From Verrucomicrobiota bacterium (lineage in GTDB: Bacteria > Verrucomicrobiota > Verrucomicrobiia > Limisphaerales > AAA164-E04), in assembly GCA_047947115.1 (NCBI GenBank), contig CP170459.1, forward strand, positions 3,424,001 to 3,488,000: DNA of 64,000 bases, in the 5' to 3' direction. A program made the position numbers and the translations under genes. The notes under the pieces were generated by a model that was not told where the DNA came from, made no database searches, and saw nothing but the letters and a program-made list of their open reading frames with translations. Positions 31,101 through 41,440 of this stretch are shown here, piece by piece. Within the stretch, counting starts at the first letter, position 1. The number at the start of each line of letters is the position of its first letter.

Positions 31101-31898
31101 TCATGCATGCATGACCTGACCTCCGTCGATGTTCAATACTTGTCCGGTGATGTGTTGTGCATGTTCTGAAGCCAGGAAGGTGGCCATGGAACCGAAAGAA
31201 GCCGGGTTCTGCCATTTCCCCAGGGGGGAAACATGTTTGATTTTTGCTTCCGCCCAGTCCTCATAACTTTGGCGTTTTTCTTCCGGAAGCAGTTCCTGTC
31301 CCGCTTGCCACACCGATCGGTTTAGATCTGATTGCACCATGCCGGGAGAAAGTGCGTTGGCTCGCACTTGGTATGGGGCGAGGTCTTTGGCGACGCATTG
31401 CATGAAGTTAATGAGGGCTGCTTTGGCGGCGCTGTAGGGTGGATCGGTCTGGGATCCGATCTGCCCGGCCACTGAAGTTAGAAAGGTGATGGTGCCGGAA
31501 TTGTTTTGGATGGCATGTCGTGCAAATGCATGAGCCACATGGACCGCTCCCATCATGTTGATGTCCCAGACACGTGGCCAGTCCGATGGTTCAAGATTCC
31601 AGAATGGGAAGCCGAATTTACCAGAACCGACTCCTGCGGTGTAAATGACGTGATCGATTCGATTCCAGGTTTCCAGGCATTGATCAAAACCCTGTTTTAC
31701 AGCTTCGTAATGGGTGACGTCACCTCGAATCCCCATGGCGGTGGATGGTAATGAATCAGCCAAAGCCACCGTCGATGGGTGGTTGTCAAACAAACACACC
31801 TGACATCCTTCCCCGGCAAAACTGTTTGCGATCGCGTGGCCAATCGTGCCAGCGCCTCCAACCACCATTGCTACCTGATTTTTTAGATGTAGATCCAT
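31101..31898 (-). CDS. SDR family oxidoreductase
   Basis: VGGAGTIG, YSAAK, VRANALSPG, ITGQVLNIDGG. Confidence 0.92.
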   Translation of the reverse strand: MDLHLKNQVAMVVGGAGTIGHAIANSFAGEGCQVCLFDNHPSTVALADSLPSTAMGIRGDVTHYEAVKQGFDQCLETWNRIDHVIYTAGVGSGKFGFPFWNLEPSDWPRVWDINMMGAVHVAHAFARHAIQNNSGTITFLTSVAGQIGSQTDPPYSAAKAALINFMQCVAKDLAPYQVRANALSPGMVQSDLNRSVWQAGQELLPEEKRQSYEDWAEAKIKHVSPLGKWQNPASFGSMATFLASEHAQHITGQVLNIDGGQVMHA

Positions 31899-32183
31899 GT
31901 GATTTTTTGTCGGAGACCGATCGGTCGATTGCGTTGGCTCAGGCCATTGTTCACGCGAGCGATGTCACGGAAGCTGGCGGCCATTCAAGTTGAGGTGTGT
32001 CGGGTACAGGATGTTTCATTTCTCAAGTGCCAATACTCGATCGCCAGCTCGAGAAACGAAGTTCCCCGCTGGAAGCGACAGTGCTCCGGCCCGTTTGGCA
32101 CGGGTGGATACAATGGACCTTCTGGTCAGTTTGGATTCAGATGGCGGTTTCTCTGAAAACATATGTCTTCTGTGGCGCGTGGA

Positions 32184-33515
32184 TTATTGTAACTTGAAAC
32201 TGAAGGTTTTTTTCTCACCGTTGCGGATGATTTTGATTTGGACCTCTGTTCCGATGGGGCGATTTCGCAGCACATGAGCGAATATTTCAGTTTCGCGCAT
32301 GGACGTTGAAATGCCGTCGAATTCGATCAGAATATCTCCTGGTTTCAATCCCGCGCGATGGGCAACGCCGTGGTCGCCATATTTGCCGGTGTGTTCCACC
32401 AGCAGAGCCAGTTTGTCGGGGGGCAGTTCATGCGCTTTGATTTCTTCATCGGTCATGTTGCGCATTTTCAATCCTCCTGCAGCCATGCGGCGAAGGTCCC
32501 AACTGGTCGTGCGCCATCCGATATCCGACGTCCTGCGCCAACCTTTGGTGATGGGCAGTGTCAGCTCTATCTGCTCGTTTCCGCGCTGTGCCACAACTCG
32601 AATCGTGGACGGTTCCTTTGCTTGGTGAATGACCCATTGCACGTCGGCAATGGACAGAATGGGTTGGCCCTCCATTTTCAGGATGACGTCGCCAGCCTTG
32701 AAACCCGAATGATCCGCTGCCGAACCCGGAATCACCTTGTCCACCTTGGCAATTTCTTTGGGGTCCAAATTGATGCCAAGAACATCCGGCATGGGCCAGG
32801 GGTAGATGGTTTTGTCATCTACATTGGTTCCCTTGGAACGAGCGAATCGCCGGTTGGCTTCGCCAACCATGTGGCAGTGGATGCAGCTTGCGGCCACCTT
32901 GCCATCGAAATCCAGCCAAGGTTGAAAACGTCCTTCGAGGTGAGGGAACTCCTGGGGTATCTTGAACTCGCTGAACGGAGCCGTTTTTCCCGCCAGGGAA
33001 GCCTTGTTGGCAGGGTAAGCCTTGTGAAGGTCCAAGGCCCTTTGCATGGCCTTGGCAAAACCTTCGATCGAGATGTCCCGTTCCGCCTCTTTCTGGCTGG
33101 ATCGTGTTCCGTATCGGCCATACAGCGTTTTGTCGGCGTTCATGAAAAATGCGGCAAAGGTGAGGTCGTAATCAAAGTGAAACAAATTCAAATCGACGGA
33201 ATTACATTGGATCAGGCGCACTCGCACGAATTGATCCATCCATTCCTTCAATTCCTCTTCCAAACGGACAACCTGCCCGTCAAATCCGGCGCAAGCCGTT
33301 CAAGGAATACAACGAAACGTGACCAGCAATGGTTTGCCGTCCCGTTTGGCCTCGGCAATGGCCAGGTCCAGGTTGTTGTAGATCCAGAGACCCGTGGATT
33401 CGACTGTGCTTTTGTCGTTGCGAACCTTTTCGTCGCGGTTTTCCGCGGCTCCGGAAGAAAGCTTGCTTCCGAGCAACAAGCACCCGCAGATAAGTGTGAA
33501 CAATGATGTTTTCAT
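32184..33515 (-). CDS. Secreted Trx7-like/PDZ selenoprotein (Sec at 33300-33302) with a CxxCH motif
   Basis: ORFs 33300..33560 and 32184..33263 are in the same frame. Reading through TGA gives KPLLVTFRCIP-U-TACAGFDGQVVRLEEEL, a UxxC site. Signal peptide starts at ATG 33515; two PDZ-like domains follow. Confidence 0.85.
33264..33299 (-). promoter_or_regulatory. Putative SECIS hairpin
   Basis: Immediately 3' of UGA: ACGG-CUUGC-G-CCG-GAUUUGA-CGG-GCAGG-UUGU-CCGU folds into a stem-loop whose apical loop begins with G. Confidence 0.6.
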
Positions 33516-33651
33516 GTTGGATGTGTAGCGTATGATGCTCCTTCCCGATGTAATGCGCAATGTGAAAATTTATGGGGCGAATGCCGTTTTATCTGGCTAG
33601 AAACGTGAATCGCCCACATGGTGTTGACCGCTGATTGTTCCTGGAAAGTAA

Positions 33652-34680
33652 ATGCAAGCTCCGGATAGAATGGAATCACATCAACACATTCCCAAACAAA
33701 TGCTGGAAAGAAGAAGCCTCTTGGTGAAGGCTGATTCCACCAACGCCTATCGTCTCGTTCACGGAGTGGCTGATGGCATGCCGGGGTTGTTCCTGGATCG
33801 GTTTGGGGATGCCCTGCTTGCGTCCAAAGAAGGCCGTCTTCAAGCAAAGGAAGAGGCCCTGTGTCTGGATTGGTTTCATCTGCTTGGATCCGGGCACCTT
33901 TACTTGAAGAATCTGGATCGTCAGGTTCGGAAGTCCAATATTGAGCATGCTTCCCCCGAACGATGGAAAGGCGAAACGCAAGATCCCGCGAATCAAGTTC
34001 GGGAAAACGGGATTCGTTATGCCGTTCGGTTTGATGAAGGTTATTCGGTTGGAATCTTTCTGGATCAAAGAGAAAATCGACAGCGGTGCCTGCGGGGGAA
34101 GGTGACGAAAGGGTTTGAACTTCGCCCGCGGCAACAGTCAGCGGGGGAGGTTTTGAATACGTTTTCCTACACCTGTGCATTTTCCGTGTGTGTCGCTAAG
34201 GCGGGTATGCGAGCGGTGAGCCTGGATCTTTCTAAAAAATACCTGGATTGGGGCAGGGCCAATTTTCAACTCAATGACATGAACCCCGATGACCATGATT
34301 TCATTTATGGCGATGTGTTCGACTGGATGCGTCGGTTCAGGAACCGGGGCAGAAAATTTGCCGGGATCATTTTGGATCCCCCCACTTTTTCAAAAGCACC
34401 CAAGACGGGTAAAACATGGAAAGCAGAGCGGGATTATCCTGAGTTGCTGGCGATGGCGTTGGATTTGATGGAACCCGGCGGATGGATTTTGGCCTGTAAC
34501 AACACGGTTGGCTGGAGCGTGGATCGGTTTGAATCATCTGTCCGAGAATGTTTGGCGGCTCGCAGAGTGGATGTCGGTCGCTTTTACTCCGCGAGGCAGG
34601 GAGTGGATTTTCCGGTGACCGCGAAATCACCTCAATATTTGAAATCTGTCTGGATTCAGGTAGAACAGGTGCCACGATGA
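33652..34680 (+). CDS. Class I SAM-dependent rRNA methyltransferase, RlmI/RlmK-like
   Basis: AYRLVHGVADGMPG, GIFLDQRENR, VLNTFSYTCAFS, DLSKKYLDW, IILDPPTF. Confidence 0.88.
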   Translation: MQAPDRMESHQHIPKQMLERRSLLVKADSTNAYRLVHGVADGMPGLFLDRFGDALLASKEGRLQAKEEALCLDWFHLLGSGHLYLKNLDRQVRKSNIEHASPERWKGETQDPANQVRENGIRYAVRFDEGYSVGIFLDQRENRQRCLRGKVTKGFELRPRQQSAGEVLNTFSYTCAFSVCVAKAGMRAVSLDLSKKYLDWGRANFQLNDMNPDDHDFIYGDVFDWMRRFRNRGRKFAGIILDPPTFSKAPKTGKTWKAERDYPELLAMALDLMEPGGWILACNNTVGWSVDRFESSVRECLAARRVDVGRFYSARQGVDFPVTAKSPQYLKSVWIQVEQVPR

Positions 34681-35708
34681 TTCCCGAACTATTTGAAAAC
34701 GAAACTCAGTTGCTTGAGCATTTTACCACACCGGATGCGAGTTTGGGTAATGTGGCCCGCTCGATTGATGGCCCCTTGGTGGTACTGGGCGCCGGTGGGA
34801 AAATGGGACCGACCCTTTGTGTGCTGGCCAAACGTGCGATGGAGGAGGCCGGGGTGGATCATCCGGTGATTGCCGTCAGCCGGTTTTCGAATCCAAACGA
34901 ACGTGCCTGGCTCGAGGGTCAGGGTGTTTCCACCCATACGGCGGACCTACTGGATCCAAAAATTTATGCTTCTCTTCCCGATGCTCACAACGTGATTTAT
35001 CTTGTCGGGCTCAAGTTTGGTACCCAGCAGAATCCGGAACTTACCTGGGCTGTCAACACCGTGGTCCCCATGCAGGCTTGCCGTCGATATGCGGGTGCGC
35101 GGATGGTGGCGCTTTCCACTGGTAATGTTTACCCGATGAGCCAGGTGTCCAGCGGAGGTTCGGTTGAAACCGATCCACTGACGCCGCTGGGTGAATACGC
35201 CAATGCCGCTGTGGCGCGGGAGCGTGTGCTGAGATACGTGGCCGCTGAATCGGATGTGACACTGGCGATCATGCGACTTAACTATGCCCAGGACTTGCGA
35301 TATGGTGTGTTGGTGGATCTGGCCACAAAAATCTGGAACAACGAATCCGTTGATGTATCCATGGGATACTTCAACGCCATTTGGCAGAAAGACGCCAACA
35401 TGGCCATCCTTCGCACACTGGATCTGGTTGCCAACCCCAAGAGTGTCTGGAATCTGACCGGTCCTGATGTGTTATCGGTTCGATCCGTTGCTCTAGCATT
35501 GGCAAAGGAGCTGGGGAGGGAATGTCAACTAAAGGGGGCCGAGGGTGAGACGGCGTTGTTGAGCAATGCTTCCGCGCTTTGGGCCCGTTTGGGTGCCGAT
35601 CTGACTCCGGTATCGGATGTCATCCGGTGGCTTGCAGCCTGGGTAAAGAGTGGCGGGCGACTCTATGGCAAACCCACCAAATTTGAGGTCAGGGACGGAC
35701 AATATTAG
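34677..35708 (+). CDS. NAD-dependent epimerase/dehydratase family protein
   Basis: VLGAGGKMG, STGNVYP, RLNYA. Start ATG 34677 overlaps the upstream stop (ATGA). Confidence 0.85.
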   Translation: MIPELFENETQLLEHFTTPDASLGNVARSIDGPLVVLGAGGKMGPTLCVLAKRAMEEAGVDHPVIAVSRFSNPNERAWLEGQGVSTHTADLLDPKIYASLPDAHNVIYLVGLKFGTQQNPELTWAVNTVVPMQACRRYAGARMVALSTGNVYPMSQVSSGGSVETDPLTPLGEYANAAVARERVLRYVAAESDVTLAIMRLNYAQDLRYGVLVDLATKIWNNESVDVSMGYFNAIWQKDANMAILRTLDLVANPKSVWNLTGPDVLSVRSVALALAKELGRECQLKGAEGETALLSNASALWARLGADLTPVSDVIRWLAAWVKSGGRLYGKPTKFEVRDGQY

Positions 35709-35731
35709 AATGCACGCACTGAATTCATCTC

Positions 35732-36805
35732 ATGTCTGATGTCCCGCAGATTCCATCATGGGTTCACGACAACCTTAAAAAGGGATTGGTCATTCCGGCT
35801 CATCCATTGGCATTGACCGAACAAGGGGCATGGGATGAGGCGGCGCAGCGGGCTTTGAGTCGCTATTATTTGGCAGCGGGAGCCGGAGGCCTGGCGGTCG
35901 GGGTGCATACGACTCAATTTGAAATCCGTGCCCCCGAACACCTGCTGCTGGAACCCGTGCTTCAACTGGCTGCCGAAACGGCAAAAGAAACAGACAGGGC
36001 TGCGGGCACACAGACTGTTTTGGTTGCTGGTATCTGCGGTCGCACGGAGCAAGCCTTGACCGAAGCTCAATGGGCACAAAAACATGGTTACCATTTGGGG
36101 TTGTTGTCGCTGGCTGCATGGAGGGATGCTTCGGAAGCGGACATCCTTCAGCATTGTCGTGAGGTTGCCCGGGTAATGCCGCTGTTTGGCTTCTACTTGC
36201 AACCAGCGGTGGGGGGGCGCTTGCTCAGTCAGGCTTTTTGGAGGGAGTTCGCAGATATTCCAAATGTCTGCGCCATCAAAATCGCCCCTTTCAATCGTTA
36301 CCAAACGCTGGATGTTATCCGGGCGGTTGCCGAGTCGGATCGTTGGCAGGATGTGGCGTTATACACGGGGAACGACGATCAGATTGTGGTGGATCTTTTG
36401 AGTCGCTGGAAGTTTCAGATCAATGGCGAAGAAAGGATTCTGGGGTTCAGCGGCGGTTTGTTGGGACATTGGGCTGTCTGGACCCATCAAGCGGTTCAAA
36501 TGCTGGCCTCCATTCAAACCATCCGAACCAACACAGGCATACCTCAGGAATGGTTTGCGTTGGCAAATGAGGTGACGGAATCGAATGCTGCCTTGTTTGA
36601 TGCGGCCAATGGGTTTCGAGGCTGTATCGCAGGAATTCAGCAGGTATTGTTTGAGCAGGGCTTGCTGTCGAGCCCCAGATGTTTGAACCCGAATGAGAGA
36701 ATGTCCCCAGGTCAGGCGGAATTGTTGGAAAAGGTCCGGAAGCAATATCCGCATTTGGTGGATGACGCATTTGTGGCCCAGTACAAGGATGAATGGTTAT
36801 CCTGA
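35732..36805 (+). CDS. Dihydrodipicolinate synthase-like class I aldolase
   Basis: VIPAHPLAL, GVHTTQF, FYLQPAVGG, AIKIAPF (Schiff-base Lys), LYTGND. Confidence 0.82.
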   Translation: MSDVPQIPSWVHDNLKKGLVIPAHPLALTEQGAWDEAAQRALSRYYLAAGAGGLAVGVHTTQFEIRAPEHLLLEPVLQLAAETAKETDRAAGTQTVLVAGICGRTEQALTEAQWAQKHGYHLGLLSLAAWRDASEADILQHCREVARVMPLFGFYLQPAVGGRLLSQAFWREFADIPNVCAIKIAPFNRYQTLDVIRAVAESDRWQDVALYTGNDDQIVVDLLSRWKFQINGEERILGFSGGLLGHWAVWTHQAVQMLASIQTIRTNTGIPQEWFALANEVTESNAALFDAANGFRGCIAGIQQVLFEQGLLSSPRCLNPNERMSPGQAELLEKVRKQYPHLVDDAFVAQYKDEWLS

Positions 36806-37082
36806 GGGAAACATCTCAAACACCTGAGGGGCCAGCTCACGCTTGAACCCACTTCAAGTCCACTGCACGGGAGTAGTCATCAGGTTGCAATGGAACCGCG
36901 ACCGGCGTGGGGCTCCCGGGCTTCCCGCGTTCCACCTCCGTTGCTCAGGCATGACGCAAGGCGGAAATTCAAGAACGAGACCCGCGTGCCGGATCATCTC
37001 TGCAAGTTTGAAATGTTGATCTTCGTTCTGGCTGATGCAAGCGGTTGCTTTTGGTTTACGGTTTTGTTAGTAATGGTCGGCA

Positions 37083-38690
37083 GTGAATCATCCACAACAA
37101 AGGGCATCGATCCCGGATAAATTGCAGGCTTCTGGAGGCTTGTCGGAAGGGGTGGCAGCAAAAGTCCACCAGGACACTGCCATTCCGGAGGCTGAAGTCT
37201 TCGGTGTCGGCAGTTTTTTTCATCTGTTGGCCGAACCGGATGTCAAAGTCCGCGTCTGCAACGGGCTCGCCTGTCGCATGGCGGGTGCCGATGATGTCTT
37301 GAAAGCTGCCGAATCCGCCGTACTTCCCGTGAAAGCATGTTCCTGTCTGGCTGCGTGTGATCAGGCTCCGGCTGCATTGCGTGATCGAAGTGTGCTTTAC
37401 CGTATTTCCAAATCCCACATCGATGCGTGTGGTGGCGATTGGAAGGCGTTGGTCACGGACGCCACCAAAGCCGATCCTGAATTTCGGGGCATTGTTGGTC
37501 CGAGCGGTGCCGATCCGGATCAACGCGCCATCGATTTGTTGGGAGAAGCCGATTATACGGGACAGGCATTTGCCAAAGCCTGTGAGTCGGGTGCTGAGAA
37601 AGTCATCGAAGCCATTGACGGATCAGGACTTCAAGGACGTGGTGGAGCTGGATTTCCAGCCGGTTTCAAATGGAAGAGCGTGCGCGGGCAGGCTGAGCCG
37701 GTTCGGTATGTCGTGCTGAATGCCGATGAAGGTGAACCCGGAACATTCAAGGACCGTGAGGTGTTATTACGGCGTCCGGACAAGGTCCTTGAAGGATTGG
37801 CCATCGCGGCCTGGACGGTCGGGGCCAAGGAGGTCTATTGCTATTTGCGGGGAGAGTTTGAAGGTCCCTGGAGAGTGTTAAGCGCGGCGGTGCAACGCGT
37901 TGAAGAAGCGGGATTGTTTCCTGGTATTCGATTTCATTTACACGCAGGTCAGGGAGCATATATTTGCGGGGAAGAGACGGCATTGCTGGAAGCGCTGGAA
38001 GGAAAACGTGGACTCCCCCGGCTCAAACCTCCTTTTCCCACCGAGCAGGGATTGTGGGGCAAGCCAACCCTGATCCACAACGTCGAAACCATCGCCTGTG
38101 TTCCGTCCATCATTCAGCGCGGTGGAGATTGGTTCAAGCAACTCGGGCGCACCGGCGCCGGCAGCAAACTTTACTGTGTGAGTGGTCACGTGAAACATCC
38201 CGGCGTGTATGAAATGCCGTTGGGAGTGACCTTGGACGAATTGGTGGAGGAGGCCGGAGGTTATGAAGGAACCTTGAAATCATTTTCCCCGGGCGGCGCC
38301 AGCTCAGGCTTTCTGCCTGCGTCTGAGCGGACACGGCCATTGGATTTCAAGACCCTTTCGGAGGTCGGATCGATGCTGGGATCGGCGGGGGTGACCGTTT
38401 TGAATGACACCGTCAACATGGCCTGGGCTGCCCAATCACAGTTGATCTTTTATGAAGCGGAGAGTTGCGGGCAGTGTGCGCCCTGCAGAATCGGAACCCG
38501 GTTTCTGCGCGAAAACCTGGACAAGCATCTGGCTCGTTCCAAAGATGCACAGAGCCCCGATCTGCAGCCACTCGAACACGTGGCCGATGCCGCCTGGGAA
38601 ATGAACGAAGGTTCCATTTGTGGTTTGGGGCAGATCGCCGCGTTGCCGCTCACCAGTGCCATGAAATATTTTCCTGAAGACTTTGAATGA
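37083..38690 (+). CDS. Fused NuoE/NuoF-like diaphorase subunit of NAD-linked formate dehydrogenase
   Basis: N-terminal CNGLAC...CLAAC [2Fe-2S] motif, then SGLQGRGGAGFP, NADEGEPGTFKDR, GAYICGEETAL, ESCGQCAPC...SICGLG. Confidence 0.9.
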   Translation: MNHPQQRASIPDKLQASGGLSEGVAAKVHQDTAIPEAEVFGVGSFFHLLAEPDVKVRVCNGLACRMAGADDVLKAAESAVLPVKACSCLAACDQAPAALRDRSVLYRISKSHIDACGGDWKALVTDATKADPEFRGIVGPSGADPDQRAIDLLGEADYTGQAFAKACESGAEKVIEAIDGSGLQGRGGAGFPAGFKWKSVRGQAEPVRYVVLNADEGEPGTFKDREVLLRRPDKVLEGLAIAAWTVGAKEVYCYLRGEFEGPWRVLSAAVQRVEEAGLFPGIRFHLHAGQGAYICGEETALLEALEGKRGLPRLKPPFPTEQGLWGKPTLIHNVETIACVPSIIQRGGDWFKQLGRTGAGSKLYCVSGHVKHPGVYEMPLGVTLDELVEEAGGYEGTLKSFSPGGASSGFLPASERTRPLDFKTLSEVGSMLGSAGVTVLNDTVNMAWAAQSQLIFYEAESCGQCAPCRIGTRFLRENLDKHLARSKDAQSPDLQPLEHVADAAWEMNEGSICGLGQIAALPLTSAMKYFPEDFE

Positions 38691-38707
38691 ACATTTAGAC
38701 GCAAGCC

Positions 38708-41440
38708 ATGACTGAAAATACAGCCATCCTGAATGGACATGAAATCCGGTTTGAACCGGGGGATACCATTCTTACCGCCGCCGAACGCATGGGGGTCGAC
38801 ATACCGACCTTATGCCACGACCCTCGTCTCAAACCCGCCGGGGCTTGTCGTACCTGCCTGGTCGAAATTAAAAAGCGCCCCAAACTCGCGCCCGCCTGTG
38901 CCACAGCCTTGACGCCCGGGATGGAAATCGTCACGCACAATGAACGTATCGAACGTCATGTGCGGACCTTGCTGGCCTTGTATCTCACCGACCATGCCGT
39001 CCACGGGGAAGCATCGATCGTCAGCGAGCAGGGTACGGGCAACAAACTCATCGATTTGGCGCGGGCTTATGATGCGCCATTGGATTGGCCGTCGCTGGAC
39101 AATATCCGTAAAGGCCGTCCTGAGGATGTGAATCCTTATGTGACGTTCCAGCCGGAAAAATGCATCGCCTGCGCGCGCTGCACCCGTTACTGCGCCGAGG
39201 TGGAAAGCGTCTCTGCCATCACCATGGCCGAACGCGGCAGTCGGACCACGGTTTTTACCGCCGATGGAAGATCCTTGATGGACACCACCTGTGAACTGTG
39301 TGGGGGATGCATCGATACCTGTCCGACCGGTGCCATGACGGAAAAGAAACCTCTGCTCGCCCGGGTGGATTCCTCCAAAACACTGAAAAAGGTCCGCACA
39401 ACCTGCAATTACTGTGGCGTAGGATGTCAGATGGATCTGAATGTCGATCCGGATGGCAATGAGGGACGCGGCAAAGTGGTCAAAGTCACGAGCCCGCCTC
39501 CAGGAACCACCACCAATGACGGCAACCTGTGTGTGAAGGGGAGATTTGCCTACGATTTCATTGATCACAACGAACGCCTCACGACGCCTCTTGTGCGCGG
39601 GGAAGACGGTAAATTGCACGAAGCCACTTGGGATGAAGCTTATCGCAGGGCGGCAGAAGGATTGATCAAGGTGTCCACTCAGCATGGACCGAATGCCCTG
39701 GGTTTTGTTTCCTCTTCCCGGTGTACGATGGAGGAAAATTACCTGATGCAGAAAATGTCCAGGGCGGTGTTCCACACGAACAACGTCCATCAGTGCGCGG
39801 CGACGTGACACGCTCCCACAGTGGCCGGTCTGGTCACTACCTTTGGTGCGGGTGCGATGACAAACTCGATTAATGAGATCCGAGGAGCAGATTTTCTGTT
39901 CGTGATCGGCAGCAACACGACCGAGGCTCATCCCATCATTGCGATGGAAATGAAGCGAGCGGTGCATCGTGGCGCGAAGCTGGTGGTGGCGGATCCGAGA
40001 TCGATTGATCTGACACGACTTGCTCATCGTCATCTCAAACTGACGCCAGGAACGGACGTCTGGTTGTTGAACGCCATGGCGCATGTGATCCTGGTGGAAG
40101 ATCTCATTGATCCGGTTTTCATTGAGCAACACACCGAAAATTTCGAAGCCATGAGGGAAGAGGCTTTGAAATATCCTCCCGAAGAAGCGGAAAAAGTGAC
40201 CGGCGTGCCTGCCGAGGACATCCGTGCGACGGCGCGTGAATACGCAACAACAGACAAGGCCGGGATCTATTACACGCTTGGCATCACGGAACACACCCAT
40301 GGTACGGACAACGTCTACTGCCTGGCCAACCTGGTGCTCATGACCGGACATTTGGGAAAACCTTCCTCCGGTATGAATCCGTTGCGTGGGCAGAACAATG
40401 TTCAGGGTGCGAATGATGCGGGTGCCACACCTATTTTTTATCCGGGTTATCAACGTGTGGATGATCCGGAAGTGCAGGCCAAGTATGAGGCTGCGTGGGG
40501 AACCGAGCTTTCGCCCGAACCGGGATTGAATCTTAATGTCATGATGAAAACCCTGGGCAAGGGCATCAAGGGGATGCTGGTCATGGGCGAGGACATCGTC
40601 ATGTCCGAACCCAATACCGCCAAGCTCGAAGCGGGTTTGAACAACATGGAATTTCTGGTGGTACAGGACATCTTTCTGAACGAAACAGCACGTTTTGCAG
40701 ATGTTGTTTTTCCTGCTTCTTGCTTCGCCGAAAAAGACGGCACCTTCACCAATTCCGAACGACGAGTTCAGCGTGTCCGTAAAGCGGTGGAACCACCAGG
40801 GGAAGCCAAGGCCGATTGGTCGATTCTGCAAAATCTTGCCAACGCATGTGGCGCGGGGTGGAATTACCGTCATCCGTCTGAAATCTATGCCGAACTGGCA
40901 CGCTATGCTCCACGGTTCAGTGGGATCAGTCATGATCGCATCGAGAAGGAGGGTGGGATTCAATGGCCTTGTCCAGATTCCTATCATCCTGGCACGACCT
41001 ATCTTCACAAAGGCGGCGTGCTGAGGGGGAAGGGATTGTTTACGCCCGTCACTTATCGTCCTTCAGCTGAACTGCCAGATCAGGACTTTACCTTGATTTT
41101 GTCCACAGGGCGCACGCTGTATCACTACAATGCTGCGACCCAGACACGCAGGGAGCCTGGACCTCATGGTAAACAACCGGAAGCATTTGTTCAGATTCAT
41201 CCAAAGGATGCGGGGCGTCGTTCCATTGAACATGGGGCGAGTGTGGAAGTGAGATCCAGGCGCGGGACCATTCAGGCAAAAGCTGTCGTGACACGGGATG
41301 TGCGTCGCGGATGTGTCTGGATGCCTTTTCATTTTGCCGAAGCCAAGGCCAATACCCTGACCAATGATGTCGGGGATGTGATTACCGGGACGGCCGAATA
41401 CAAGGTCTGTGCCGTGGAAGTGGCGGCGGTCCATGTGTGA
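38708..41440 (+). CDS. fdhF: Formate dehydrogenase alpha subunit, selenocysteine-containing (Sec at 39806-39808)
   Basis: ORFs 38708..39808 and 39821..41440 are in frame and join as NNVHQCAAT-U-HAPTVAGL. Fe-S motifs, CNYCGVGC, PLRGQNNVQG, FTNSERRVQ and EYKVCAV are present. Confidence 0.93.
39820..39838 (+). promoter_or_regulatory. SECIS element
   Basis: AGUGGCC-GGUCU-GGUCACU hairpin starting 11 nt after UGA, matching the spacing and GGUCU loop sequence of the E. coli fdhF SECIS. Confidence 0.85.

Noticed and set aside
36806..37082. tRNA-Sec (selC) near the selenoprotein genes
   Set aside because: No cloverleaf with a TCA anticodon loop and T-arm could be built by eye; this needs tRNAscan-SE or Aragorn to confirm.
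39806..39808. FDH as a nonsense pseudogene or two separate genes
   Set aside because: The TGA sits exactly at the catalytic Cys/Sec position and is followed by a canonical SECIS.
38810..41008. 732-aa antisense ORF, and similar long shadow ORFs at 5541-6779, 12099-13028 and 32358-33506
   Set aside because: They lie opposite well-supported genes, have no recognisable motifs, and are expected from codon bias.
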